Shown: positions 41,326 to 51,385, counted from the stretch's first letter. The stretch: 64,000 nucleotides of DNA from Nitrospinales bacterium (GCA_965223795.1 CBDCXL010000002.1:2784001-2848000); one strand, 5' to 3'. The notes: generated by a model from the sequence alone, not told the origin. Made by a program: numbers and translations.

Positions 41326-41488
41326 CGCGTCCCCAGGATGTGTGCTCGCACAAAATAAATTGTATAATGTTAGGTTGAAGTCCGATGAAGTTGAATTTTC
41401 CGACAGGTTGCGCTGAAAATACTTGGATTTCCGTTCGTTGTCCGTTTTGGGCGCTTCCCCTCGGCGAAGCGACGAAAGGTGTTAACGC

Positions 41489-41737
41489 ATGACAGTGATG
41501 AAGGGCATTTATTATGGTTTTGGAGCCTTTATCGGCTTGGTGTGTGGCAGTGTCATCAATCTGATCTTTTTCTGGGTCGAAAAATCCGGAACTCCGTTTG
41601 CCGAAAACCTGGTGCGAAATTATGGCGCTTTGGGCAAGTATATACTGGAGTTGATCAACGCGCTCCCCTTTTTCGGAGCCGCGTTCGGGATCATTCTGGT
41701 CAAAGTGCTGTTCGGCAAAGAGCTGGAAAACAAATGA
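41489..41737 (+). CDS. Small membrane protein
   Basis: 82 aa, two Gly-rich hydrophobic helices. Confidence 0.6.
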   Translation: MTVMKGIYYGFGAFIGLVCGSVINLIFFWVEKSGTPFAENLVRNYGALGKYILELINALPFFGAAFGIILVKVLFGKELENK

Positions 41738-41902
41738 TCGCTTCTCCGATGAGGGGTCCGGGGAGGAGCGAAAACGCCTTTAAAAGCGGTGCTTTCCTGG
41801 TTTCCGGCCAGGGGCTTCTCTGCATCAACAGCAAAAGGATCAGGACCACATTTAATGTTAAAATAGATTGTCGAATGTGCAAAGGGAAAACTGGTACCGC
41901 GG

Positions 41903-42109
41903 ATGGCGAAAAAATTCAATGAGAATCTGAAAAAAGCTCTGGGCAAGACTCAGGAAGCGGTGGAAATCTGCAAACAGGCCATGATCGACGCCAACGATGA
42001 AAGCTGCCGCGCCATGTACCAGGCGATCCTGAAAGATTGCGAAAAGCACATCAAGATGCTGGAAGAGGAAATCGACCTGCATAAAGTGCAGAAGAAGTGG
42101 GAAAAATGA
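41903..42109 (+). CDS. Small helical (ferritin-like half) hypothetical protein
   Basis: 68 aa, abuts the response regulator start; MYQAILKDCEKH. Confidence 0.65.
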   Translation: MAKKFNENLKKALGKTQEAVEICKQAMIDANDESCRAMYQAILKDCEKHIKMLEEEIDLHKVQKKWEK

Positions 42110-42778
42110 ATGCGTATCCTGATCATTGAAGACGAAAAGAAAGTCGCGGGCTTCATCAAAAAAGGCCTGGAAGAGGAGACGTATGCGGTCGATGTGGCCT
42201 ATGATGGCGAAGAAGGCCTGTACATGGGGCAGCAGAGTCAATACGACCTCATCATCCTCGATCTGATGCTGCCGGTGATCGACGGGCTCGAAGTGCTGTC
42301 CCGTTTTCGAAAAGGCAAGATCGACACGCCGGTGCTGCTGCTGACGGCGAAGGATTCGGTGGAAGACAAGGTCACCGGCCTCAATACGGGCGCCGACGAT
42401 TACCTGACCAAGCCGTTCGCGTTTTCGGAACTGCTCGCCCGCATCCGCGTGCTTTTGCGCCGCGGCAAGGCGGAAACCAAGACCGTGCTGCAGATCGACG
42501 GACTGACGCTCGATCTGGTGAGCCACAAGGTCAAGCGCCACGGCGAGGAAATCGATTTGACCGGCAAGGAATACAGCCTGCTGGAGTACTTCATGCGGAA
42601 TCAGGGCAAGGTGCTCACGCGAACGATGATCGCCGAGCATGTGTGGGATTACAATTTTGACACGTTCACCAATGTGATCGACGTGTACGTCAACCACCTG
42701 CGCAAAAAAATCGATAAAAACTATCCTAAGAAACTCCTGCACACGCTGCGGGGCGTGGGGTATATCATGAAAGAATAG
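42110..42778 (+). CDS. OmpR-family (CusR-like) response regulator
   Basis: MRILIIEDE, LDLMLP, GADDYLTKPF, TLRGVGY. Confidence 0.95.
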   Translation: MRILIIEDEKKVAGFIKKGLEEETYAVDVAYDGEEGLYMGQQSQYDLIILDLMLPVIDGLEVLSRFRKGKIDTPVLLLTAKDSVEDKVTGLNTGADDYLTKPFAFSELLARIRVLLRRGKAETKTVLQIDGLTLDLVSHKVKRHGEEIDLTGKEYSLLEYFMRNQGKVLTRTMIAEHVWDYNFDTFTNVIDVYVNHLRKKIDKNYPKKLLHTLRGVGYIMKE

Positions 42779-42783
42779 GCGTC

Positions 42784-44214
42784 ATGGTATTCAACACGAT
42801 CCGATCGCGGTTGACAGCCTGGTACGTGGTGCTTCTCGGCATCATCCTCATCCTGTTCAGCGTGTTCCTGCACTACTTTCTCTCCAAGCGGCTTTACGAA
42901 AGCGTCGACAATTCCCTGAAAGTGTCCGCCACGGTGGTGGCGCAGTCGGCTTCGATGAAGTTCAATCAGGTGCCGCTGCCCGGACTGGAGCGTTTTTTCG
43001 AGCAGTTTCTGGGATATGAGAACCTCAACAAGTTCTACCGCATCTACGACGGCTCCGGAAACGTCGGTTCCCGTTCCAAGGGAGTCAACGCGTCCAAGTT
43101 CCCGCTCACCCAGGAAGCCTATTCGGATGCTCTCAAAGGCAAGACGACGTACGAAACCATCACCATCGACGGGGTGTCTCCCATCCGCATGATCACCATG
43201 CCGGTGCTGCGCGAGGACAAGCTGGTGAACCTGGTGCAGGTCGGGACGTCGCTGGAATCGGTGCAGGAGACGCTCAAGAATCTGCAGATCTTCATGTTCG
43301 CCGCCATCCCTTCGGTGCTGCTGATCGCGACGCTGTTCGGGCGGTTCATGGCGCGGCGCGCGCTCAAGCCGGTGGCCAAAATCATCCAGACGGCGCGCGA
43401 GGTGACCGACGGCGTGGATCTCAGCAAACGCATTCCGGTTCCGGAGGTGCAGGATGAAATCGGCCAGCTGGCCACCACCTTCAACGACATGCTGGACCGG
43501 CTGGACGGCTCGTTCAAGCAGATCCAGCAGTTCAGCAGCGACGCGTCGCACGAACTGCGCACGCCGCTCACCGTGCTGCAGGGGCAGAACGAACTGATCC
43601 TCAACAAGCAGCGCAACGCCAAGGAATACCAGGAGGTGATCTCCAGCAATCTGGAGGAGATCAACTACATGTCGAAAGTTTTAGAGGATCTGTTCGTGCT
43701 GTCGCGTTCGGACGAGAACCAGATCCAGCTCGACTGCAAGCCGATGGACCTGCGCGAGATCATCGACGAGGTCTACAAACACGCGGAAGCGCTGGCGGCG
43801 GACAAAAACATCCGCATCGCCATCGCCTTTCTGGAGCCGGTCAGCATCAACGGCGACCCGGTGCGTCTCAGGCAGATGGTGTGGAACATCCTGCACAACG
43901 CGATCAAATACACGCCGCCGGGAAAGCAGATCAAGATTTCGTTGGAAGACCAGGGGGAATCGGCGTATCTGACGGTGCAGGACACCGGCATCGGCATTTC
44001 CGAGGAGGATCTGCCCCACATCTTCGACCGGTTCTTCCGGGTGGACAAGGCCCGGTCGCGCAAGGAAGGCGGCAGCGGACTGGGGCTCAGCATCTGCAAG
44101 CACATCGTCGAAGCCCACAAAGGCCGCATCGACGTGGAGAGCGAACTCGGCAAGGGCACCAAGTTCAAGATCCGGCTGCCCAAGATCGCCTCGATGAAAT
44201 CCCTCACCGCGTGA
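42784..44214 (+). CDS. HAMP sensor histidine kinase (CusS-like)
   Basis: Two TM helices, HAMP, DASHELRTPL, NAIKY, GSGLGL. Confidence 0.95.
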   Translation: MVFNTIRSRLTAWYVVLLGIILILFSVFLHYFLSKRLYESVDNSLKVSATVVAQSASMKFNQVPLPGLERFFEQFLGYENLNKFYRIYDGSGNVGSRSKGVNASKFPLTQEAYSDALKGKTTYETITIDGVSPIRMITMPVLREDKLVNLVQVGTSLESVQETLKNLQIFMFAAIPSVLLIATLFGRFMARRALKPVAKIIQTAREVTDGVDLSKRIPVPEVQDEIGQLATTFNDMLDRLDGSFKQIQQFSSDASHELRTPLTVLQGQNELILNKQRNAKEYQEVISSNLEEINYMSKVLEDLFVLSRSDENQIQLDCKPMDLREIIDEVYKHAEALAADKNIRIAIAFLEPVSINGDPVRLRQMVWNILHNAIKYTPPGKQIKISLEDQGESAYLTVQDTGIGISEEDLPHIFDRFFRVDKARSRKEGGSGLGLSICKHIVEAHKGRIDVESELGKGTKFKIRLPKIASMKSLTA

Positions 44215-44274
44215 GCGCACGTTCACAAAATCGTCGTCATTCCACCCGGACGCCCCGGATAAAACAACAAATCG

Positions 44275-44697
44275 ATGATCCTGGAAGATCAAATTGACAT
44301 TCAAGCCTCAAAAGAACGGGTCTGGCAGGTGACGATCGATGTGGAGTCCTGGCCGCTATGGTCGCCGGCCATGGAAACAATCGTTCGCCAGGATTCGGGA
44401 GAGTTTAAAGTCGGCAGCTCTGCTTTGGTCAAACAAAAACTGATTCCTGAAACTCGGTGGGAGGTTGTGGAATTGAGTCCAGGTCACGGCTTTGCATGGA
44501 AAACAGAAGTTTGGGGAATGAAAATGCAGGCGACACACTTGCTCGTTCCCGGTGATTCCGCCGTCACCAGCGTTCTTAAAATTGATATCAAAGGGGGCGT
44601 CGCGAAGGTTTTGTGGCCTCTGCTGAAACCTCAGGTGCTGCGGGCATTGAAAGAAGAAAATCGCGGACTGAAAAAATATTGCGAATCCAAAAGTTGA
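44275..44697 (+). CDS. SRPBCC family protein
   Basis: IDIQASKERVW..DVESWPLWSP, LKKYCE end. Confidence 0.85.
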   Translation: MILEDQIDIQASKERVWQVTIDVESWPLWSPAMETIVRQDSGEFKVGSSALVKQKLIPETRWEVVELSPGHGFAWKTEVWGMKMQATHLLVPGDSAVTSVLKIDIKGGVAKVLWPLLKPQVLRALKEENRGLKKYCESKS

Positions 44698-44915
44698 ATG
44701 AATCCGGACTTTTCATCAGCGCGTGCGCGCGTTGCCGGGAATTCCCCCCTCTACATCTTTTAAAGGTGGGAATTGATATCAAAGGGGGCGTCGCGAAGGT
44801 TTTGTGGCCTCTGCTGAAACCTCAGGTGCTGCGGGCATTGAAAGAAGAAAATCGCGGATTGAAAAAATATTGCGAATCCAAACGTTGAACAAATCCGGAT
44901 TTCTCATCAGCGCGT
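44580..44915 (+). repeat. 145-bp direct duplication of the SRPBCC 3' end
   Basis: 44580-44724 and 44771-44915, six mismatches, 46-nt spacer. Confidence 0.92.
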
Positions 44916-44919
44916 TGGT

Positions 44920-45387
44920 TTAATCCGTCAGCGCGATATCGAAATGCAGCACTTCCTCCCGTTTTCCCAGTTTTGAGTACAGCGCTTCGGCGGGCGCGTC
45001 GCCGGCATCGGCCTGCACGATCAGGACATGGGCTTTGCGCGTCACCGCAATTTTCTTCACTTCCAGGATCAGGGCCGTTGCGATTCCCTGACGCCGGTGC
45101 GCGGCCGCAACGGCGAGATCGTAAATGTAGAATTCGCTGCGCTCCTGTTCAAACTTCTTAAATTCATAGGCCGTGATCCCGCCCACGACCTTCCCGTTTT
45201 TCAGCGCGGCGAGGGCGAAGAAATGTTCGCTGCCGAGCAGGCGCTCAAGGTAAGAGGAGCTGGGCTGAGCGCCGCAATAGGTCTCAGCTTCGCCGAAAGC
45301 CTTGCCGAATGTGGTCAACATCGCGCGCATCAGCGCCACGTCTTCAGATGAGAGCGAATGGATGCGGAAAGATCGGGAAGTGGGCAT
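44920..45387 (-). CDS. GNAT acetyltransferase, AAC(3)-I-like
   Basis: FGKAFGEAETY, YLERLL, KFEQERSEFYIYDLAV, HRRQGIATALI, QAD..D.PA.ALYSKLG.REEVLHFDI. Confidence 0.85.
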   Translation of the reverse strand: MPTSRSFRIHSLSSEDVALMRAMLTTFGKAFGEAETYCGAQPSSSYLERLLGSEHFFALAALKNGKVVGGITAYEFKKFEQERSEFYIYDLAVAAAHRRQGIATALILEVKKIAVTRKAHVLIVQADAGDAPAEALYSKLGKREEVLHFDIALTD

Positions 45388-45467
45388 GACTCAGTTTGAC
45401 CCGCGGCGTTGTTTGACAACACAGGGACATCCGCTGCGGGTCGATAGCGGCCGCAACACCGTTGTTC

Positions 45468-46979
45468 TTAGTGGATCTGGATGATGACGTTTTTCACCTG
45501 GGTGTAGGATTCCAGGGCGTGCACGCCCATTTCCCGGCCGTAGCCGCTGCGCTTGTAGCCGCCGAACGGCGCCGCCGCGTCGAAAATGTTGTGGCAGTTC
45601 ACCCAGACGGTTCCCGCCTTCAGTTCGCGGGCCACCTTGTGGGCCTTATTGATGTCTTTGGTCCACACGCTGGCGGCGAGGCCGTAGGTGGTGCTGTTGC
45701 CGCGCTCGATCACTTCATCCAGATCCTCGAACGGCGCCGCGGCCAGCACCGGGCCGAAGATTTCCTCCTGCACGATGCGCATCCCGGTCTCGATGCTGTC
45801 GAACACCGTGGGCTCGACGAAGCAGCCCTGTTCCATGTCGCCGCCGGGCGTCTTGCCGCCGGTGAGGGTTTTGGCGCCTTCGGATTCGCCCGAGCGGATG
45901 AATCCCAGCACCCGTTCCTGCTGTTCTTTTGAGACCAGGGGGCCCATTTCCGTTTCCGGGTGCAGGCCGGGGCCGAGTTTGATCTTCTGCGCGTGGTCGG
46001 ACACCCGCTCCACCAGTTCCTGGTAGATTTTCCGGTGCACCAGAAGCCGGGATCCGGCGGCGCAGCACTGCCCGTGGTTGAAAAAGATGGCGCCGGAGAC
46101 GCCGAGCGCGGCGGTTTCCAGATCGGCGTCGGGAAAGACGATGCTCGGCGATTTGCCTCCCAGCTCCAGGGTGACGCGCTTGAGGTTGCCGGCGGAGGCC
46201 TTGACGATCTCGTGTCCCACTTCGGTGCTGCCGGTGAAGGCGACCTTGTCCACGTCCATGTGCTGGGCGAGGTGTGCCCCGGCGTCGCCGAACCCGGTGA
46301 CGATGTTCACCACGCCGTCGGGAAACCCGGCCTCGGCGAACAGGTCCGCCAGCCGCAGCGCCGAGAGCGGCGTCTGCTCGGCGGGTTTGAGTACCACGCA
46401 GTTGCCCGCGGCCAGCGCCACACCCATTTTCCAGGCGGCCATGAGCAGCGGAAAATTCCAGGGGATGATCTGGCCGACCACGCCCATCGGCTCTCTGCGG
46501 GTGAAATCGAAAAACTCCGCGCCCGGTGCGTACGGCACGGAGATGTCGATGGTCTCGCCGTGGATCTTGCTGGCGAGTCCGGCGTAGTAGCGGAAATGAT
46601 CGACGACCAGCGGGATGTCGGCGGCGCGCGAGATGGCGATCGGCTTGCCGTTGTCCAGCGTTTCGAGCTGGGCGAATTCCTCCAGATTGGCTTCGATGAG
46701 GTCCGCGAGTTTCCAGATCAGCTTGCCCCGCTCGGAGACGGTGATCTTCTTCCAGGGGCCGCTTTCGAAGGCGCGGCGGGCGGCGGCGACGGCGCGGTCG
46801 ATGTCCTCCGCACCGCCCCTGGGGACGGAGGTCAGCCGCTTGTTGGTTGCGGGGTCCAGCACTTCAAAGGTCTCTCCGCTCGCGGCGTCGACGCGTTTGC
46901 CGTCGATCAGCAGTTTCTGCGGGCGGTTCAGGAACGTCTGGATGGCGCTTATGGGTTCGGGTATGGTTGCGGTGGTCAT
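45468..46979 (-). CDS. Aldehyde dehydrogenase
   Basis: IIPWNFP, FTGSTEVG, LELGGKSP, GQCC, EEIFGPV. Confidence 0.95.
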   Translation of the reverse strand: MTTATIPEPISAIQTFLNRPQKLLIDGKRVDAASGETFEVLDPATNKRLTSVPRGGAEDIDRAVAAARRAFESGPWKKITVSERGKLIWKLADLIEANLEEFAQLETLDNGKPIAISRAADIPLVVDHFRYYAGLASKIHGETIDISVPYAPGAEFFDFTRREPMGVVGQIIPWNFPLLMAAWKMGVALAAGNCVVLKPAEQTPLSALRLADLFAEAGFPDGVVNIVTGFGDAGAHLAQHMDVDKVAFTGSTEVGHEIVKASAGNLKRVTLELGGKSPSIVFPDADLETAALGVSGAIFFNHGQCCAAGSRLLVHRKIYQELVERVSDHAQKIKLGPGLHPETEMGPLVSKEQQERVLGFIRSGESEGAKTLTGGKTPGGDMEQGCFVEPTVFDSIETGMRIVQEEIFGPVLAAAPFEDLDEVIERGNSTTYGLAASVWTKDINKAHKVARELKAGTVWVNCHNIFDAAAPFGGYKRSGYGREMGVHALESYTQVKNVIIQIH

Positions 46980-47217
46980 GGTTTTCTCCCAAACTATGAG
47001 GCTTTATCGGTTCCGGCCGGGCCGGAACGGGGTCGTCTTTGTACGGGGTTCGATGGCTTCATTATTATATGGAATGCAGCAAAATCAAACCCCTTTTTCG
47101 GGGCCGGGGGCGGCTGTGAATGGGGGTTTCAGATGCGGCAAGAACCTGGAAACAGGGCGGGTCGGGTGCGGGCTGCGCGCAGGGGAGGCTGCCGGGGCAG
47201 CGGCAGAAGCGTCCGGG

Positions 47218-47670
47218 TCAGTTGATCCAGATGAGGGGCTTGTGGATCCAGGCGACATCTCCGGCGCTGTCCTGGATCTGCACCCAGTTGCCTTTCTCCT
47301 TGATGACCTTCATGGAGAAGTACTTGTCGACGGGGCTCCAGGCGACCTGCGGATAGTCGGTGCCGGGGCCTTTTCTCAGGTTGGTCTCGTTTTCCTTGAT
47401 CACCGCACATTTGTACTTTTTGGTGATGAGCTTCTGGTGCACCCAGTAGATGTCTCCGTCGAGATCCTGCACGCGGTACCACTTGCCTTTTTTCTTCAGT
47501 TCCTTGAAAGGCATGTACTGGAACACCTGCCACAGCTTTTCAAAGTGGGTGCCCGGACCCTGGCGCAGGTTGGCTTTCTTGTTGCTGATGCACAGGGCCT
47601 CGGACTCCGCGCCCAGGGATAGAAGGAAGAAAACGGAACCGATGACGATGGCGAAGAAGGGTCTGTTCAT
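47218..47670 (-). CDS. Secreted tandem SH3 domain protein
   Basis: Signal peptide and two NLRxGPGT repeats. Confidence 0.85.
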   Translation of the reverse strand: MNRPFFAIVIGSVFFLLSLGAESEALCISNKKANLRQGPGTHFEKLWQVFQYMPFKELKKKGKWYRVQDLDGDIYWVHQKLITKKYKCAVIKENETNLRKGPGTDYPQVAWSPVDKYFSMKVIKEKGNWVQIQDSAGDVAWIHKPLIWIN

Positions 47671-47997
47671 GGTCTGCATCCGGCGTTTCCGATGAAGAAC
47701 AGTTTTGTATTGTGTCGTCCTTCAAAAAAGCAAAAGGAGAAAAAGCAAACGTCCGCTTTATCTCCTACACACAATGATATCAAATAATTCGGACGAATTC
47801 GAGGTTTTCTTTCCGCTCGCGGCGCCCCGCGCGGCGGATTTTTTTGATCTGCGGAGGAAGGCGGCGTTACAATTCCCGCGCCAGAATGTTCGACGGAATA
47901 GCACAGGGGCTTTTCTTTTTCAAGGCGGAAACTCCGGCAGGGCCTGAGCCCGGATGTTTGCGCCCGTTGCGAGCCACTTTTTTCATCGGGGCCAGGC

Positions 47998-49131
47998 ATG
48001 CTCCTCGCACTGACATTCATGCAGTTTGCGGTACTCTTGGCCGTGGCCGCCTATCTCACGGTCAACCTGCTGCACCTCGTGCGCCTCACACCGGCGACGG
48101 AAGCGGTGCAGCCCGCGCCGCTGGTGTCGGTCTGCGTCCCGGCGCGCAACGAGGCGCGCGACATCGAGCGCTGCCTGATCTCGCTGCTGGCGCAGGATTA
48201 CCCGCGCTTCGAGGTGATCGCCGTGGACGACCATTCGACCGACGGCACCGGCGCCATCCTGGAGCGGTTGTCCCGGCAGGACGCAAGGCTGACCGCGCTC
48301 AAGGGTGCGGCGCTGCCGGAAGGCTGGCTGGGCAAGCCCTTCGCGCTGCACCAGGCGCAGGCGAAAGCCAAAGGCGAGATCCTGCTGTTCACCGACGCGG
48401 ACCTGTTCTTCGAGCCGCACGCCCTGACCAGCTCCGTGCACGTTCTGGAGCAGCGGCAAGTGGATCTGTTGACGCTGATGCCGGGCTCCCGGTTCGTGTC
48501 GTTCTGGGAGCGCGCGGTGCAGCCGGTGGTGTTCGGGATGATCGCGGCGCTCAGCCGCTTTCGCAGGATCAACCGGCCGGAGTTCACCACCGCCGTGGGG
48601 TTCGGGGCGTTTCTCATGTTCCGGCGCGACGCGTATGCGAAGACAGGCGGCCACGAGAGCGTGCGCCTGGAGGTGGTGGAGGACATGATGCTGGCGAAAC
48701 GCGCCAAGAAGATGGGGTTTCGCCTGCTCGCCGCCGAGGGGAAGACGCTGCTGTCGCTGCGCATGTACCATTCGCTGGCGGAGATCTGGGCGGGCTGGCG
48801 CAAGAACCTGTTTCTCGCGCTGAAACGCTCGGTGCCGCGGACGCTGTATTACGCCGCGGTGCTGGTGGTGTTTCTGACCACGCCGTGGGTCCTGCTGGCG
48901 GCCAACCTCATAGCCGGGAGCGGCTGGCTGGGCACGGGCACCGCCGTCTGCGGCGTCGCGGTGTCGCTGGCGGCGTCGTTCAAGCTGTGCCGGGAACTGA
49001 AGATGGGGCTGGCGAACGCCCTGCTGTTCCCGCTGGGCGCGCTGGTGGCGGCGGCGATCATGCTAAACTCGATGGCGCAGGCGCTCCTCTGGCGGCGCAC
49101 CCAATGGCGCGGCCGGACCTACGAAGCCTGA
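47998..49131 (+). CDS. Membrane glycosyltransferase family 2 (HpnB/CrtQ-like)
   Basis: VPARNE, DDHSTDGT, GWLGKP, FTDAD, VVED, WRGR end. Confidence 0.88.
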   Translation: MLLALTFMQFAVLLAVAAYLTVNLLHLVRLTPATEAVQPAPLVSVCVPARNEARDIERCLISLLAQDYPRFEVIAVDDHSTDGTGAILERLSRQDARLTALKGAALPEGWLGKPFALHQAQAKAKGEILLFTDADLFFEPHALTSSVHVLEQRQVDLLTLMPGSRFVSFWERAVQPVVFGMIAALSRFRRINRPEFTTAVGFGAFLMFRRDAYAKTGGHESVRLEVVEDMMLAKRAKKMGFRLLAAEGKTLLSLRMYHSLAEIWAGWRKNLFLALKRSVPRTLYYAAVLVVFLTTPWVLLAANLIAGSGWLGTGTAVCGVAVSLAASFKLCRELKMGLANALLFPLGALVAAAIMLNSMAQALLWRRTQWRGRTYEA

Positions 49132-49154
49132 CTGAAACTGTAAAAGGAGATCGC

Positions 49155-50057
49155 ATGGAAAACTACCCGAGACTGTTCATCAAGGCCGGGCTGATCTACG
49201 CGCTGATCGGCGCGGTGCTGGGGATTGCCATGAGCGTCGACCCCGGCCTCGCCGGGCGCATCCGCTTCGTCCACATCCACCTCAACCTGCTCGGCTTCAT
49301 GACGATGTTCATCGCCGGCGTGGCCTTCCACGTGCTGCCGCGTTTCAACGCCAACCCGGTGCCCTGGCCCGCGGGCGTGAAATACCAGTTTTATCTGCAG
49401 AACGTGGGCCTCATCGGCATGGTGGCGCTGCACGCAACCGGCGGGCCGCGGCCGCTGTTCGTGCTGTCTGCGGCTCTCGCAGGTGTGGCGATCGCGTTCA
49501 TGTTCTACAACCTGTATTTCGTCCTGCGCCCGGCGCAGCCCGCCAGCCCGAAACCCCAACGCATCACCGGCGACATGAAGGTCTCGGAAGTGCTGGAACA
49601 CTTTCCCCAGTCGATGCCGCTGTTTCTCAAGGCGGGCTTCACGGCGCTCAACAACCCGGCGGCGCGGCAGACCTTCGCCAAAGTGGTGACGGTCGCCAAG
49701 GCCTGCGAAAAGCACGGCGTGGACGCCGGGGAGTTCGTGCGCGGCCTCAACGCGGCGCTTCTGGGCAAGGCGCAACCGCCGCCGCAGGCCGCCGCCGCAA
49801 AACCCGAAGCGGCGGCGGGGCAGGGCAAGGAGATCGACAAAGGCGAACTGTGCGCCGGAGACACACGCGTCGGCAGCCTCATCAAGGTGTATCCCGCCAC
49901 CAAGGCGGTGTTCGAGAAGCATTACGGCGAGGGCTGCTTTTCCTGCCCCGGCCAGATCTACGAAACCGTCGGCCAGACCGCCGAGATGCACAACATCGAC
50001 CCGCAAGTCATCGTGCGCGAAATCAACGCGGTGATCGAGAAAGAGAATGAGAAATGA
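49155..50057 (+). CDS. Membrane protein (NnrS/heme-copper-I-like helices) with two DUF1858-like domains
   Basis: AGGAG RBS; HIHLNLLGF, GVAFHVLPRF; ITGDMKVSEVL..ACEKHGVD; CFSCPG..ETVGQTAEMHNID. Confidence 0.7.
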   Translation: MENYPRLFIKAGLIYALIGAVLGIAMSVDPGLAGRIRFVHIHLNLLGFMTMFIAGVAFHVLPRFNANPVPWPAGVKYQFYLQNVGLIGMVALHATGGPRPLFVLSAALAGVAIAFMFYNLYFVLRPAQPASPKPQRITGDMKVSEVLEHFPQSMPLFLKAGFTALNNPAARQTFAKVVTVAKACEKHGVDAGEFVRGLNAALLGKAQPPPQAAAAKPEAAAGQGKEIDKGELCAGDTRVGSLIKVYPATKAVFEKHYGEGCFSCPGQIYETVGQTAEMHNIDPQVIVREINAVIEKENEK

Positions 50058-50060
50058 TTC

Positions 50061-50290
50061 GACAGGATGGACAGGATAAAATACGGATAAAACCGGAACC
50101 CCTTTGTCTCGCGCCAAGCCGCAAAGAAAAGAATGAGACAGGATAAAAACAAAAAACCGTCTCGCGCAAAGACGCGAAGCCGCAAAGAAAAGCATTGGAC
50201 AGGATTGACAGGATAAAAACCCAAAACCAACAAAGGCCGCAAGTTTAAAAATTCCTCTCCCCTGGAGGGAGAGGATTTAGGTGAGGGGGA
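50061..50290 (+). repeat. Mosaic repeat array (motifs A,B,A,B,A,C), left flank of cargo
   Basis: A at 50061, 50137, 50198; B at 50108, 50161; C at 50254-50289. Confidence 0.85.
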
Positions 50291-50338
50291 ATAAAAAAAT
50301 GCTTCCTTAGCGTTAGGTGAGAGGGGAAGGCGTAAACG

Positions 50339-50671
50339 ATGAACCGCTCCGGGGAAGACAACGCGTTCGTGGATTTCGTGCTCGATCAATTGAAGGGCCT
50401 GGGGGCGGTGCACGCGAAGCGGATGTTCGGCGGCTTCGGGCTGTACCACCGCGAACTGTTCTTCGCCATCGTCGCGGACGAGCGGCTGTATTTCAAAACC
50501 GACGCCACCACCACCGCCGAATACAGAGAGTGGGGCATGCAGCCGTTTCAGCCCAGTGACAAGCAGACGCTGAAAAACTATTACGAGGTCCCGGCCGACA
50601 TCCTGGAAGATGACGAACGCCTGACCGCATGGGCACAAAAGGCGGTTGGGGTGAGTTTGAAGGGGAGGTAA
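50339..50671 (+). CDS. TfoX N-terminal domain protein
   Basis: KRMFGGFGLY, FFAIVADERLYFK, YYEVPADILED. Confidence 0.9.
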   Translation: MNRSGEDNAFVDFVLDQLKGLGAVHAKRMFGGFGLYHRELFFAIVADERLYFKTDATTTAEYREWGMQPFQPSDKQTLKNYYEVPADILEDDERLTAWAQKAVGVSLKGR

Positions 50672-50783
50672 GTATGAATATGAAAAGGATCGAAGTTGAA
50701 AAAAATGAGTAAAAATGGTGCTTGAATAGTAAAAGGATAGTTTAGATCAAAATTAAGCAATAGTCGATGTGTAGGAGTTTTAG

Positions 50784-51326
50784 TTGGTCAATATAAAACT
50801 GCTAATTGATCCAAGTATATTTCTTGTTATCACAGGATTTTTAACACTAGTATGGTTAATATATAAAGAATTTTATTTTAGAGCTAGGGTAAGCGTAGAA
50901 TTTTATTTAGGATCTATTGAGTTAACCGATTCTAGTATTCCTACATGGGCAGAAGATTCACCTGCTGTTATTAGTGGTGGAGTCGTAAATTTAACCTTAT
51001 CAGCTACAAATAAAGGGCCTGGAAACGTAAAAATCACTTCCATAATTCTAAAAAAGTCTTCTTTTTTTCGAAAACTTTTTAGGAAAGTAAAATATATTTG
51101 GCATCCTTTTGGATATGATTATTTTTCCACAAACGAAATGCCTGTTGAAATTAAGGAAACAAACACTGCAACTTGGAGTATTAATTATGATCAAACGGTT
51201 GAGAATTTATTAAATGAGTATACACATATTGGAGTAAGCGATTCTTATGGTAGGAAGCATTGGGCTTCAAGAAAAGAATTTAAAAAAGTAAAGAAAGAAT
51301 TAAAAAATTTAATAAATCAAAGATAA
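50784..51326 (+). CDS. AT-rich hypothetical protein with N-terminal TM anchor
   Basis: 180-aa ORF, AGGAG RBS, composition unlike the host. Confidence 0.7.
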   Translation: MVNIKLLIDPSIFLVITGFLTLVWLIYKEFYFRARVSVEFYLGSIELTDSSIPTWAEDSPAVISGGVVNLTLSATNKGPGNVKITSIILKKSSFFRKLFRKVKYIWHPFGYDYFSTNEMPVEIKETNTATWSINYDQTVENLLNEYTHIGVSDSYGRKHWASRKEFKKVKKELKNLINQR

Positions 51327-51334
51327 AAAAATTC

Positions 51335-51385
51335 TTTTGCGTCTTTGCGCGAGGCCGCTTTTGCTTTTATCCTGTTCATCCTGTC
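51335..51385 (-). repeat. Repeat array (motifs A,B), right flank of cargo
   Basis: ttttgcgtctttgcgcgag and ttttatcctgttcatcctgtc, inverted relative to 50061-50218. Confidence 0.85.

Noticed and set aside
44613..44888. 91-aa ORF as a real gene
   Set aside because: It is a by-product of the 145-bp duplication of the SRPBCC 3' end
44860..45460. Integron cassette (attC) around the AAC(3)-like gene
   Set aside because: No proper RYYYAAC...GTTRRRY pair with a matching hairpin, and no integrase
47844..50057. 737-aa ORF as one protein
   Set aside because: The first 437 codons are an off-frame shadow of the GT2 gene; the real CDS starts at 49155 behind an AGGAG RBS
50061..50290. CRISPR array
   Set aside because: Repeats are short, of several types and irregularly spaced; no constant repeat-spacer period and no cas genes
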